DNA of 64,000 nt from Somniosus microcephalus. Taxonomy: Eukaryota. The notes below the pieces were generated by a model that saw only the letters and a program-made list of their open reading frames with translations, made no database searches and was not told where the DNA came from. Position 1 is the first letter of the stretch, and each line of letters opens with the position of its first letter. The stretch lies in assembly GCA_052327205.1 (NCBI GenBank), contig CM126227.1, forward strand, positions 23,436,001 to 23,500,000. The letters are read 5' to 3'. Both the position numbers and the translations under genes were made by a program. This document shows, in pieces, positions 50,974 through 64,000 of this stretch.

Positions 50974-53223
50974 TTTCTCACTTCACTGGTTCCCCCCAGG
51001 CTATGACCCCCCTGTATTTCTTTCCCTTTACTGGTCCCCCCCCAAGGCTATGACCCCCTGTATTTCTCTCCCTTTACTGCCCCCCCCCAGGCTATGACCC
51101 CCCTGTATTTCTCTCCCTTTACTGGTTCCCCCCCCCCCGCAGGCTATGACCCCCCTGTATTTCTCTCCCTTTACTGGTCCCCCCAGGCTATGACCCCCCT
51201 GTATTTCTCTCCCTTTACTGGTCCCCCAGGGTATGACCCCCCTGTATTTCTCTCCCTTTACTGGTCCCCCAGGGTATGACCCCCCTGTATTTCTCTCCCT
51301 TTACTGGTCCCCCCAGGCTATGACCCCCCTGTATTTCTCTCCCTTTACTGGTCCCCCCAGGCTATGACCCCCCTGTATTTCTCTCCCTTTACTGGTCCCC
51401 CAAGGTATGACCCCCTTGTATTTCTCTCCCTTTACTGGTCCCCCCAGGCTATGACCCCCCTGTATTTCTCTCCCTTTACTGGTCCCCCCAGGCTATGACC
51501 CCCCTGTATTTCTCTCCCTTTACTGGTCCCCCAGGGTATGACCCCCCTGTATTTCTCTCCCTTTACTGGTCCCCCCAGGCTATGACCCCCCCTGTATTTC
51601 TCTCCCTTTACTGGTCCCCCCAGGCTATGACCCCCCCTGTATTTCTCTCCCTTTACTGGTCCCCCCAGGCTATGACCCCCCTGTATTTCTCTCCCTTTAC
51701 TGGTCCCCCCAGGGTATGACCCCCCTGTATTTCTCTCCCTTTACTGGTCCCCCCAGGCTATGACCCCCCTGTATTTCTCTCCCTTTACTGGTCCCCCCAG
51801 GCTATGACCCCCCTGTATTTCTCTCCCTTTACTGGTCCCCCCAGGCTATGACCCCCCTGTATTTCTCTCCCTTTACTGGTCCCCCAGGCTATGACCCCCC
51901 GTATTTCTCTCCCTTTACTGGTCCCCCCAGGGTATGACCCCCCCTGTATTTCTCTCGCTTTACTGGTCCCCCAGGGTATGACCCCCCCTGTATTTCTCTC
52001 CCTTTACTGGTCCCCCAGGGTATGACCCCCTTGTATTTCTCTCCCTTTACTGGTCCCCCAGGGTATGACCCCCCCTGTATTTCTCTCCCTTTACTGGTCC
52101 CCCAGGGTATGACCCCCTTGTATTTCTCTCCCTTTACTGGTCCCCCCAGGGTATGACCCCCCCTGTATTTCTCTCCCTTTACTGGTCCCCCAAGGTATGA
52201 CCCCCCCTGTATTTCTCTCCCTTTACTGGTCCCCCCAGGCTATGACCCCCCTGTATTTCTCTCCCTTTACTGGTCCCCCAGGGTATGACCCCCTTGTATT
52301 TCTCTCCCTTTACTGGTCCCCCAGGGTATGACCCCCCTGTATTTCTCTCCCTTTACTGGTCCCCCAGGGTATGACCCCCTTGTATTTCTCTCCCTTTACT
52401 GGTCCCCCAGGCTATGACCCCCCCTGTATTTCTCTCCCTTTACTGGTCCCCCAGGCTATGACCCTCCCTGTATTTCTTTCCCTTTACTGGTCCCCCCAGG
52501 GTATGACCCCCCCTGTATTTCTCTCCCTTTACTGGTCCCCCCAGGGTATGACCCTCCCTGTATTTCTTTCCCTTTACTGGTCCCCCCAGGCTATGACCCT
52601 CCCTGTATTTCTCTCCCTTTACTGGTCCCCCCAGGGTATGACCCCCCCTGTATTTCTCTCCCTTTACTGGTCCCCCAGGCTATGACCCCCCCTGTATTTC
52701 TCTCCCTTTACTGGTCCCCCAGGGTATGACCCTCCCTGTATTTCTTTCCCTTTACTGGTTCCCCAGGCTATGACCCTCCCTGTATTTCTCTCCCTTTACT
52801 GGTCCCCCCAGGGTATGACCCTCCCTGTATTTCTCTCCCTTTACTGGTCCCCCAGGCTATGACCCCCTTGTATTTCTTTCCCTTTACTGGTCCCCCCAGG
52901 CTATGACCCCCCTGTATTTCTCTCCCTTTACTGGTCCCCCAGGGTATGACCCCCTTGTATTTCTTTCCCTTTACTGGTCCCCCCAGGGTATGACCCCCCC
53001 TGTATTTCTCTCCCTTTACTGGTCCCCCAGGGTATGACCCCCTTGTATTTCTTTCCCTTTACTGGTCCCCCCAGGCTATGACCCCCTGTATGTCTCTCCC
53101 TTTACTGGTCCCCCCAGGCTATGACCCCCTGTATTTCTCTCCCTTTAATAGTCCCCCCAGGGTATGACCTCCTGTATTTCTCTCCCTTTACTGGTCCCCC
53201 CAGGCTATGACCCTCCTGTGTTT
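50974..53223. repeat. Minisatellite, ~42-45-bp unit, about 50 copies
   Basis: Unit gg(c/g)tatgacccccctgtatttctctccctttactggtccccca; variation lies mostly in C-run lengths; degenerate at both ends. Confidence 0.98.
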
Positions 53224-53942
53224 GCGAGCGAGGAGCAGCTGGCATAGTACACTTGTTTGACCCAGTTAGTAATATCTATCCAATGCTCTTTTCAATTATC
53301 TCCGTGATACTGTGAATTACTGCACCAAATGGAAACAAATTCCTCATATTAATACTCCTATACAGAGTTACTGAAACTTCAATAAAGCCTAAAACCAAGA
53401 AAGATGGGGAAAACACTGTTCTCAATATGTTATGGGAAGAGCTTCACCCCTTACTAAAAAGCTTTCCATCACGTATCCCATTCTAACAGAAAGAGTAGGA
53501 AAGCTTGGAGCACAAACCTCCAGAAATTACCATAAATGCTGCTGATGATTGCACGCTATGAAGTGGCTTATGCTCCAGTCCCTACCACCCTATCAGAAGG
53601 ATAGCTAATACACAGTTGTCCAACTACCAGGGAAGAGCTGCCGCTATCTCTTAGATTACAATTGTGATTGACTAGGCTCTCACTCACCCTGCTTTCAAGC
53701 TGGCTGATCAATGCCACTCATGATCAACCAATGGGAGGCAAATTTTAAGTAAGGCAAGTCAAACAACATCAAGCTGTTGGACTAAGAACTGACAAAGTAA
53801 AGCCAGCACACGGATAATGATCTTTCCATTGATGGTCAAGCAATCAATGCTGAAGCTGCTGCACAAGAGAGTGTTATAGAATTTGGATTAGTAGTTTTTA
53901 AAAATTCACAAAGCAACCCAGCAGCTCTTGTTAAAAGAATAT

Positions 53943-54400
53943 GGGGGCTAGGATTTTTCTCCAAGACAGTTTCGACACCAAAGGTGGGTCAGGGCAGGAT
54001 CTTCCCCTGCTGTCCCACCCTACATCATCCCAAACCTATTTTCCTGGGTCGGGCCTCATTAAAGACCTCAGTGGTACCTCCACTTTACAAAGAAAGCCCA
54101 TTCTGCTAATGAAAAATACAGTGATGCAGTAGCTGTACCCCAAAAAGTGGGCTCAAGCCCCGTGAGGAAAACAAACATTTGTGCCTCCAATGGCTCCATT
54201 AAGAACCCAATGGAAGTTGCTGGCTTGCGGGCCACTTGGAAGAGGGAAAGGCGGCCAGGAGCAGGTCCTCACTCTGCCCCTTTGTTGATCTATTTGCCGC
54301 TGCTTCAACAAGTACCACCACCCTGCTTCTGCTCTAGCCAAGGGTCAGCAGTATAAGAGCAGAAGGCCCTGCTGTTCTGGCATCAGTTATCTGCAGCGGG
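53943..54400. mobile_element. Degraded Harbinger-type MITE
   Basis: Starts ggggctaggatttt (TIR-like); GC-richer internal motifs; right end unclear. Confidence 0.4.
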
Positions 54401-54607
54401 ACAGTCAACCTAGGTTCCTACTGGGAAAGATGTTGAAACTTGTTAATGACAGTTTATGGGGTGAAGATCCAATGGTACGCCACCCCACCTCACTGCTCCA
54501 GCTCACAATTTTGGGTAGTATAGCAGATGTTAATGCAGGGCTGAACCTCTAGCCTTAACACACATTCCAACTCATTACCCAAGCTACATTTTTTTGCCAC
54601 TGTCAAG

Positions 54608-55346
54608 CGGGAGTCTAACCACCTCCCCTTGACATTCAGTGGCATTACTATCGCCGAATCCCCCACCAACAACATCCTGGGGGTCACCATTGACCAGAAA
54701 CGGAACTGGACCAGCCACATAAATACTGTGGCAACAAGAGCAGGTCAGAGGCTGGGTATTCTGCGGCGAGTGTCTCACCTCCTGACTCCCCAAAGCCTTT
54801 CCACCATCTACAAGGCACAAATAAGGAGTGTGATGGAATACTCTCCACTTGCCTGGATGAGTGCAGTTGCAACAACACTCAAGAAGCTCGACACCATTCA
54901 AGACAAAGCAGCCCGCTTGATTGGCGCCCCATCCACCACCTTAAATATTCACTCCCTCCACCACCGGCGTACCGTGGCTGCAGTGTGTACCATCTACAAG
55001 ATGCACTGCAGCAACTCGCCAAGGCTTCTTCGGCAGCACCTCCCAAGCCTGCGACCTCTTCCACCTAGAAGGACAAGGGCAGCAGGCGCATGGGAACACC
55101 ACCACCTCCAAGTTCCCCTCCAAGTCACACACCATCCTGACTTAGAAGTATATCGCCGATCCTTCATCGTCGCTGGGTCAAAATCCTGGAACTTCCTACC
55201 TAACAGCACGTGGGAGTACCTTCATCACACGGACTGCAGCGGTTCAAGGCGGCGGCTCACCACCACCTTCTCAAGGGCAACTAGGGATGGGCAATAAATG
55301 CTGGCCTTGCCAGCGACAACCACATCCACAAATGAATTTTAAAAAA
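54608..55346 (+). mobile_element. CR1-group LINE 3' fragment (ORF2 C-terminus)
   Basis: ILGVTIDQK...WTSHIN...YKAQIRSVMEYSPLAW...LDTIQDKAARLI; tail shared with the SINEs at 18767 and 56683. Confidence 0.9.
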
Positions 55347-56074
55347 CTAGATTGGGCACTCGATTAATAGCTAACACTCCATCTATAGAATTTTCTACTG
55401 ATGTGATAAACCACAGTAACTTTGAATATCAGATCATCCTAGACTGTTCAACTAATGTACTGTTAGTCCTGAAATATTTTTGCTTTATAGTTTGGAAGTC
55501 ACATGCATTTATTGTTTACTGGCCCAAAGCCAGTGTTGGCAAATAGTTGTTGTTTTTGACCCTGTTTATATGGGTCAATGTTACTTTACAAAATTGGCCA
55601 GATGCACTGATTACAATATTCTCAACACGTCTTCAAGGCCTGACATGTAATCTATCACGTTTCACACTTAAATATCAACTAAAAGTCCACAATTCTAAAG
55701 ATGCGGATTTTTATTTGAAAACAAAACAAATATCAATCATAATTTGAAGGATTAAAGCAGAATTCAGTATATGAAATATATTTTGATTTAAATAGTGAAG
55801 ATTTTCAAAAACAATATCTGAACTCATTACAGTTTTAGCAATGGTTGAATGAGTGGAATATTTAATTCAAACATGAACAAGCATCTAAAGAACCTCAACA
55901 ATAGAAAAAATTAAATATGTTCAAACTGATCATAGTTTTCCTTGAAAAAGTTCACAATAACCATTTATAGTCACCAAATCAAAAAAATAGCAAATCGCAA
56001 ATGGTCTCAGTGCTTGCATAGAGCCTACAGCAGAGCGCCTCATCTCACTGACTACATCTTCCCATCCTGCCCTC

Positions 56075-57150
56075 GTATCCTTTTATTGCTTTCTCCCTTG
56101 TGTATGCATCAAGCCTCCCCTTAAATGCATCAATACTATTTGCTTCAACTATTGCATGTGGCAGCGAGTTCCACATTCTCACCACTCTCTACGTTCCTCC
56201 GAAATTCTTTATTTGATCTGTTAGTAGCTATTTTCTATTTATGTCCCCTTGTTCTGGGCTCACCCACAAGTGGAAACAGCTTGCATTGCTACTTTTAGTG
56301 GCTTGTGTGTCCATATTCCCAGATTCCCTGCTCCTCTATCCCATTTAGTTTATTGCCTTTCAAGAAATAAGTAGCCTCCTTATTCCTCTGACCAAAATGA
56401 ACTACCTCACATTTTGCTATATTAAATTCCATTTGTCATTCAGCTACCAACTCTGCAAGCTTGTTTGTGTCTTCCTGTATTTCAACATTATTAGTTATAT
56501 GCACCCCCCACCCTCAGTTTGGTACTTTGACACCAAACTCCAATTACTGAGTCCAAATCATTTACGTGCATGATGAACAGCGATCCCAACACAGATCCCT
56601 GCAGGACACCACTTCCCACTTTCTGAGAAACTTCTCTTAACACCTACCCCTTTCTGTTTTCTATATGGTCGCTACCTTTCATTTTTTTTTCTTTATTCGT
56701 TCACAGGATGTGGGCATCGCTGGCAAAGGCCAGCATTTATTGCCCATCCCTAATTGCCCTTGAGTGGTTTGCTAAGCCATATCAGAGGGCAGTTAAGAGT
56801 CAACCACATTGCTGTGGGTCAGGAGTCACATATAGGCCAGACCAGGTAAGGACAGCAGATTTCCTTCCCTGAAGGACATTAGTGAACCAGACAGGTTTTT
56901 ATGGCAATCTGGTAGTTTCATCATCACCATTACTGACACTAGCTTTCTATTCCAGATTTATTTAATTAAACTGAATTTAAATTGACCAGCTGCCTTGGTG
57001 GGATTTGAATTCACGTCGCTGGACCATGATATCCAGGCCTCTAGGATTACTAGTCCAGAAACATTACCACTATGCTACCGTTCCTATTCATTCTGCCAAC
57101 TGGCCGCAGATGCCACACGCCCCGACCTTCATCATGAACTGTCATTTTAT
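56075..57150 (-). mobile_element. Degraded CR1 (same family as 11225-12590) with a nested SINE
   Basis: gagttccacattct, gcctccttattc and acaccacttcccac are shared with the 11-12 kb copy. Confidence 0.8.
56683..57081 (-). mobile_element. tRNA-derived SINE, same family as 18767-19112
   Basis: Reverse complement of its head, core and LINE-like tail. Confidence 0.85.
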
Positions 57151-58699
57151 CCATTCTAGAAACAGATCGATATTGTCCCATCTATATTTTATTGTTTCTA
57201 AGGGTGCCTTTTCTCATCATGCCCATAAGCTTTATCCAATCTTCTCTGAAAAATTTAATTTCCAGGCTTATTACATCTCTGTAAACAGAATTTCTCCCGA
57301 ACATCAAGGAAGGCAGTCCTGTGCAACCAAGCATATGGGAAAGCAAATATCAGACATTCTGCCAATAATCCATTCCTCTTCATCTCATAATGTAGAAGTC
57401 ATATCAATTTCAGGGGCTATAACTATAAGCCAATAAGTCTCCAGTTCAAATAGAGGAAACCTGAATTAATATTTTATTAAAAACAAGAATGCTTTATTGC
57501 ACTGGACAACTTCATATGACATTCACAGCAAAAATTGTTAAAACGTAGTTTGAGCAAAAGACTGTAATCTTGGAAAGCAAATTGAGAATATCCCACCTAT
57601 AAATACTGCAAATTCCTCTGTACCATGGTTTAATGAAAACACTATAAAAGCAGCCAAAAGTAGACTGGCAATTCATCACCAATTTTTTTTTAATAGAATT
57701 CCACTGGACATTATACACACACGGCCTCTTTCCACTATAGAGTGACATCTTACATCAACTCACTGGTTCAGACAGGAACAAGAGCCATTCTGCTACAGAA
57801 TGTGACAAAATCTAAAGCCATCTACAGGACTGTGGCACGGATCCCAGGTACTGAGAAAGAAGGCCACTGTTTAATTAAGATGACTATGACAGCTTAGAAA
57901 TGACATGATGGACTGGGCACCAGCTGAAATATTATACATTGGACAGCACCGTGCATGAACAATGAAGGTCCCACGTGCTTGGGTTTGGAACGGCAGGCTG
58001 AAAATTTCTCTTTGGTCTGACCAAATGCAAACACTCTCTTTCGATTATTTTACGGAATATTCGGCAATTTGTACATCTTAAGTATTGAAATTTCTGTTTA
58101 TTGGAAAATTAAAATGGAGTATTCACTGCACTACAGACTCTAAAAATGATGCAAAGAATCAGAAGTGCAGTCATTTGCAAGTACCTGTACCAGACAGATA
58201 CTGCTGGGCACCAGAATTAGAGTTCACCTGTACCTGACCAATTCAAGTATGGGTAGGCAACTGTACTTTTAGTCTGCATTTGATGTAATAGTTTACTGGT
58301 TGCCATTAGAAAAATTATCCTCAACATAGGGTCAACACAGAATTTATACTTTTCTCAGTTTTACGTTATTAGCTTGTCTGCATATTAAGTAAATTTTAAA
58401 TGTTTTTTCACTAATTATACTCAAATCCCCCAAAATGCACACTTTCTAGACATTTGTTCCACATCTTCCACCTTGTAGCTGTGATTTCTCCCATTGAAAT
58501 TAATGTAAAAATCAAATTGCTATTTAAAAATAACAAAATTTGTTTGGTATACTATATACGTTATGAAGGATTATTTGACGGCCTTCTTTGGGGGGGGGTG
58601 GGGGAGGAAAAAGTCCAGTAGTAACGATAATATTTGGTCTAAGAATGAGTCATTTTGCAATCAGAAGTTTAACGTTTTTCTTAGCTTACCTGTATTTTG

Positions 58700-58830
58700 C
58701 ACACCGATTCTGGGGCGTAAAACGGGTGTCACAGATCAGCGCCCCGTCTGCTTTTACTTTCCATCGACTTCAATGGAAACTTTGGCAGGGTGTACAACAA
58801 GGTTAGCTGGTCTGATACCGCCCATATTGT
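58700..58830. mobile_element. Short palindromic MITE remnant
   Basis: Imperfect fold-back centred on tttccatcgacttcaatggaaa. Confidence 0.5.
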
Positions 58831-59057
58831 GTCTCCACTGATGTGATAAGTTCCAGCGCTAGTGTGAAATGTACAATATATTCTACTTAATCCTGTTGTC
58901 TGTCTGCCAATAACACATTGTAAGTATGGCATGCAATATTTAATGCAAACTGAAAATAAACCTTATTGTTTCATTTGCCATCCCTTGGAAAAGGGATTGG
59001 AAATTTTCAGAATGAAGAGCAATTATCTACCATCATGTGGTGAGATCCATATATGCT

Positions 59058-59590
59058 GTCTGCATATCAATAACAAGGCGCACCGACGTCAGTGTTCTCG
59101 CTCAGGCCAACAGCCCCAGCATCGAAGCTTTGACCACGCTCGATCAGCTCCGATGGACAGGTCACATCGTCCGCATGCCCAAAACGAGACTCCCAAAACA
59201 AGCGCTCTACTCTGAGCTCCGACACGGCAAGAGGGCCCCAGGTGGGCAGAGGAAACGCTTCAAGGACACCTCAAAGCCTCCTTGAAAAAGTGCAACATCC
59301 CCACCCGACACCTGGGAATCCCTGGCCCAAGACTGCACAAATTGGAGAAGAAGCATCCGGGAAGGCGCCAAACACCTGGAGTCACTTCGCTGGGAGCAAG
59401 TGGAAGCCAAGTGCAAGGAGCGCACGTCAACCCAAGTACCCCACCTACCCGCCCCTTCAACCACCGTCTGCCACACCTGTGACAGAGACTGTAGGTCCCG
59501 CATTGGACTCATCAGTCACCTGCAAACTCATTTTTAACGTGGAAGCAAGTCATCCTCAGTTCCGAGGGACTGCCTAAGAGGAGAGAAGAA
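59058..59590 (+). mobile_element. RTE-clade LINE 3' fragment
   Basis: QLRWTGHIVRMP...RLPKQALYSEL...GGQRKRFKD; terminal CHTC...RIGLISH.QTH zinc knuckle; purine-rich tail. Confidence 0.92.
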
Positions 59591-60589
59591 CAATGCACCA
59601 TAATAATTACCAAATATTCCACCAATAATCCAATCACACCGCCATCAAATATTAGATATAAATAACAGAAGCGATTCCTATAAAGGAAATGGATGTCAGA
59701 ATTGCATAGTCAAAGCTCAGACAGGCAAATTAAACAAAGTTAACAAAACAACATGCAAAAGAAAACTATCCAAAAATAATCCTGCTTCCCTCAGGATGAT
59801 AGCATGATAAATTAATAAAATGTAGTTATTACAGTTTGAATATGAAAAACCCACAATGTTATGCCACATACAGCTTCAAAACATGCCTGGGGCATACAGT
59901 AATTTACTTCAAATAAATAGCAGTGTTTTCAGTACTGATGGAGCTGTGCTAATTATCCTTTGCCCTAATTTAGGGTGGTGTCCTTATTTTCAAAACTAAT
60001 CAAAATTCTGCAACACCAGCCCCTTTTTCATCCTGAAACCCGGCTTGGTTTCCTTTTGTTCTTGGCAGGTCACGTGCTGTGGTGTTACTGGCACTTATAT
60101 GCACAATATTACCTGTCTATTTTTTCCAGATGGCTGGCTGAACACAAGATGCAGTTCATTGCTGCATTAGTACTCTATCAAAACCTTGCGATTGCATCAA
60201 CATCAGTAATTAAGATAAATATCTTTTGACACCATGTTTTAGATAGGTATACACCAAATTAATAGCTTTACCCCAAATATCTGAGCATTTAGCAATTATA
60301 ATATCCAGTAACATGATATTAATATAGATCATATAATTTTAGCAAATAGTATTCACCAAGAAATCAAACTATTTTAGTACCAGCTTTCACCTACTGTTTC
60401 TAACGCATATATACACACACACACACACAGTGTACACAAATCTTTATCTGTATTGTAAACCTACACGTATAAATTATTGTTGATGCAGTATTGATATTCT
60501 GCCACTGGATGGCAATAGCATATCTGGTAACCACAATACCCTACAGCATTTATGAAGCTAAAGACATCTAGGGGCAGAACAGAGTCATT

Positions 60590-61399
60590 GGGCTGGATTT
60601 TCAATGGGCCATGGAGTCGGGATTGGAGGCGTGTGGGAGTTTAAAATCCCGAAATCGGGGGTCCCGACCCCATCCCGCCCCCAACCTGCCTCTATGCCAG
60701 TTTCAAAGGAGGCGGGTACCCGCCCCGCACTGGGACCCGCCTCCCCGAGGCGGGAAGGGGATTAGTGCCAATTAACTGCCTGTTAACAGGTAGTTAACAG
60801 GCAGTTTTTAGCCTAATCCCTATTTTTATTGTTGAAATGTGGGATTCCCGACGGCTCCAAACCACGCCAAGTTAGCGAGGCGGGCCGTCGGGATGAAGGG
60901 CTTGGAGGGGTCGAGATGTCCGGTGTTCAGGTGAGTGATGGGTGCATGAGTGCAAAGGTAAGTGTGTTTGGTGTGTGTAAAGTGTTTAAAGAAGTTCTAC
61001 TAACCTTTACTTACCTTTACAGCCTTCCTTCCTTCAGGTCTCAGGAGTCCCTCAGCTCACCGGCACAGAAAGCAGAATGGCCGCCAGCTGTCAAAATCTG
61101 CAGCCTCTGCTTTCCTGTTCCAGGGAGATCTCTAAATCATCCTGAAAGGAAGGAATTAGCCTGGAGTACAGATTGTCAGTGTTTGACAGCTTCAAAAGGT
61201 CTTGACAGATGAAATATCAATCTGTGACGTCACCTGTTGCCGGCTGGTCCTTAATTGGCCTGCTGAGCCCGCTGGGCGGGCTCAACAAGGTCAATCAAGT
61301 CAAAATCGCGTGGGTTGGCTAGAACTCGATGGAGGCGGGACTACAACCCCGAAATTGTAGTCCCGCCTCCCACCCGACTCCTGAATGAAAATCCAGCCC
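60590..61399. mobile_element. PIF/Harbinger-type MITE, copy 2 (inverted relative to 3836-4871)
   Basis: TIRs gggctggattttca / tgaaaatccagccc; TSD att/gtt. Confidence 0.9.
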
Positions 61400-61499
61400 G
61401 TTACATCAACTTTGTTAGTATTGGGACTCAATTTACACTTCCATCGCCCTGACCACTCCATTAACACTGACAAAGAGGCCGGCGACATTTTGGAAGAGG

Positions 61500-61870
61500 T
61501 CTGTGACCCCCATTGCCATTTTAGGTCACAGCTCCTTGGTCTGACCAGTTCCATGGTCAATGTAGCCAAGGAGGCCCAGTCAAGGTAAGTTTGGAATTAT
61601 TTTTTGTGGGGCCTGGAGAACAGGAGTGCTCCTCCAGGCCCCCCCCAAAATAATCTGGGCCACTACCGCCCCCGGGACCCCCCACCCACCCCCAGCGTCC
61701 CACCCCCAAACTGATTTTACTGGGGGCTGGGGCGGCCCGATATTGGGAGGCCACAATCTGGCGAGCTGCATCCTGAAGCCCGTTTGCCACCCGCAGCTCG
61801 CTGGCTCGATGTTAACGAGCCCGGTGCCTCAAAATGGCAGCCGCCTCTTCGCCATGGGTACAGACGATCG
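61500..61870 (+). mobile_element. Harbinger-type MITE fragment
   Basis: caaggtaagtttgg...ggggcctggagaacaggagtgctcctcc motif, related to 880-1350. Confidence 0.55.
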
Positions 61871-64000
61871 ACTTTGCGAATCAGTCGCCTAAAAGTAAAT
61901 ATCAACTCCTTTGTCCATAACTGGGGAATATTAGTGGTCAAATTCCAACAAGTCGTTCTGAAATTGCATTGTCTACTATTTAATACTAACCCATTTACTT
62001 TATATGGGCTAATGCCTGTATTAAAATAATGGACAAAGGAATTTCATACAAATACATTAAGTGTCATCTACGAACAGCAGCAACAGCAATCTCAAGGGTC
62101 TGAAATCCCATATTTGATTCTTGAATATTGGACATGAAAGCCTTAATGGTTTCATATTTTCAGAATTCTAAATCTAATACTGTTGCAGAATTTCAACAAA
62201 CTGCACGACTGTGAATGTAATAACCCACAGGAATTTCTATTTTAAAAATTATGGATTGTGTTTTATTATTAGATGAATTGAAGGCAATTTGCGACATAAA
62301 AATATACATGAATTCCAAGCTTTTACTCCGCATCGCTCAGACATGGTAAATGTCTTTGCAATTCACCAGCTCGAAAACTCCGTATTCTGGGTGGTCTGCA
62401 TCGTGTTACATATGAAATCTGATATTCTGTGAAGTCCAATGTCATTTTGCATCACCAATTGCATTAATCAATCTACTTTTATAAGCTTCAATATCTAAAA
62501 AGCTGGCAAACCAACATTAATCGAATCTACCGCAGTCAGAGCAAAGCCTGCTCAATCAATTCAAAAATCAATGTTGCAACCAAGTAAAGACGACAGATGA
62601 AGATTTATTCACAACCAGGAGAATTAAACACTAGAAAGCAACTATTGATGCTCCTAGAGATTCACCTCTGCTCCCTTCATGAACCCAAACAACTCTGCAG
62701 GAACATTTGACAAATTATCCGTGGATAAAAAACTTGATTCAAGAAACCCAGTAATGTTGATCATTGCTGCTGCCAATGTAACTACATGCTAGAAAGGTAA
62801 AGCCTAGAGCCTCCAGTTGACGTAACACCTAAAAATCAACCAAAGTCATATCTGCATAGAAATAAAACTTAAGAGTGTTCATGTATAAAGAGTAACATAA
62901 AACAGGTTTCTTTACCAATAACAGCGCCCGAAAGATATCCAACCAGAAACATGTTTGTTCCAAGGTGTTCCCTCACTTTGCACAAACCTCAAGTCAAACA
63001 TTTTTTCAGCTTCTGCAGCTGCTCCATAGCGTCTGAAAATAAATGATGCAGCATTTCCAGCATCTTCCTGGGCCTAATACATCAGGAGCGACTGACACAT
63101 TGCAACAAAAAGACACATCATTCACCCTCTCTATATGGGCAAAAATGCACGAGACTGATGACAATTCAAAGCACGATACGCCAGCCTTGAGGCCTACATA
63201 ACATTCAACCCTGTGAACATTATCTATGTTTTTCACTGTTTTGTTTACCTGAAACCTAGTAGTTCCTAGTGGGGGGAAAAAATGAATAGCTTAACACAGT
63301 ATTTCAACATAGCTCACTGGATCACAAGATATGTTCGGATGAAGGCCGCTCTTCAGCCCATTTCACCTCAACCTACCAGAATACCAACACTACCAGTTCC
63401 ACGGTTCAGCATCCAATTATTTCTTAAATGAGGCTGGTGTGTTAGCTTCAACCCATTCCAGGTGTTGATCACATCTGTGCTGAACCTGTGCCCTCTTGCC
63501 TCGCAGCCCTGGTGTATCCCAAAAAAACAATGCTCACACTGGTTCATTAAACCAGTGTTTTTATCCCAGCAGTCAAAGTGGCCGCAGTCTGCTGCAATTA
63601 GACAAAAGCCCAGATATTTATTGATGTTAAGATAATGCTGATTGGTAAATCTAGGCTAAGGTATCCTTAGCATGCTAAGATTTCAATTACTAGTATTGAT
63701 GCTTCACCATAACACTTCATGCTTACTATTCGCAGTTCTCCATTTATTGAATCTGACAGATTGCTAGCTTGTCGTTTTGTGAGGCTGCTCTGCAAGAAGT
63801 GCGTTCACCTAGTAATCTCATCAGGTGCTCAGAGTGGCCTCGTCCAGAAAGGACGGCTGAATGGCTGGAAACAGGTCTAAGAAATTAGCCTCATGTCTTT
63901 GAAACAGCTGTATTTACTTGTGTGGCGTGTCTTTTAAATTCATTTCTCTCATTTTGAAATTAATAGGAGGCAAGAGATACATCTGACCCCAGCCTACACT

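Noticed and set aside
50974-53223. CRISPR-like array or repetitive protein ORFs
   Set aside because: Units are head-to-tail with no unique spacers, there are no cas genes, and the context is eukaryotic; the ORFs are translations of the repeat.
97-63236. Remaining 60-160 aa ORFs in the supplied track
   Set aside because: No recognisable domains, many non-ATG starts, and a frequency expected by chance in vertebrate non-coding DNA.

Overview
This window is not prokaryotic. It is AT-rich vertebrate non-coding DNA, intronic or intergenic, most likely from a shark (cartilaginous fish), judged from its repeat families. No host protein-coding gene can be identified with confidence. Nearly all ORFs in the supplied track are either transposon-derived or spurious. 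Content: many CR1, L2 and RTE LINE fragments, one of them a young 5'-truncated CR1 with a 732-aa open ORF2 remnant; several tRNA-derived SINE families (Deu-domain/SacSINE1-like, AmnSINE2-like, LF-SINE-like); PIF/Harbinger, Tc1/mariner and hAT MITEs; a decayed spliced Harbinger Myb/SANT gene; very small solo LTRs with 5-bp TSDs; two Penelope-like insertions each carrying a minimal hammerhead ribozyme; and a ~2.2-kb minisatellite. Repeat-free blocks between these may be conserved non-coding elements, and there are a few weak minus-strand exon or splice-site candidates. I found no convincing novel multi-gene system. The best leads are the two ribozymes, a locally templated insertion, tiny LTRs with a CTCF-like motif, and a possible recursive splice site. 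Repeat family names come from recalled consensus sequences and need Dfam/Repbase confirmation. Boundaries are approximate unless a TSD is stated.
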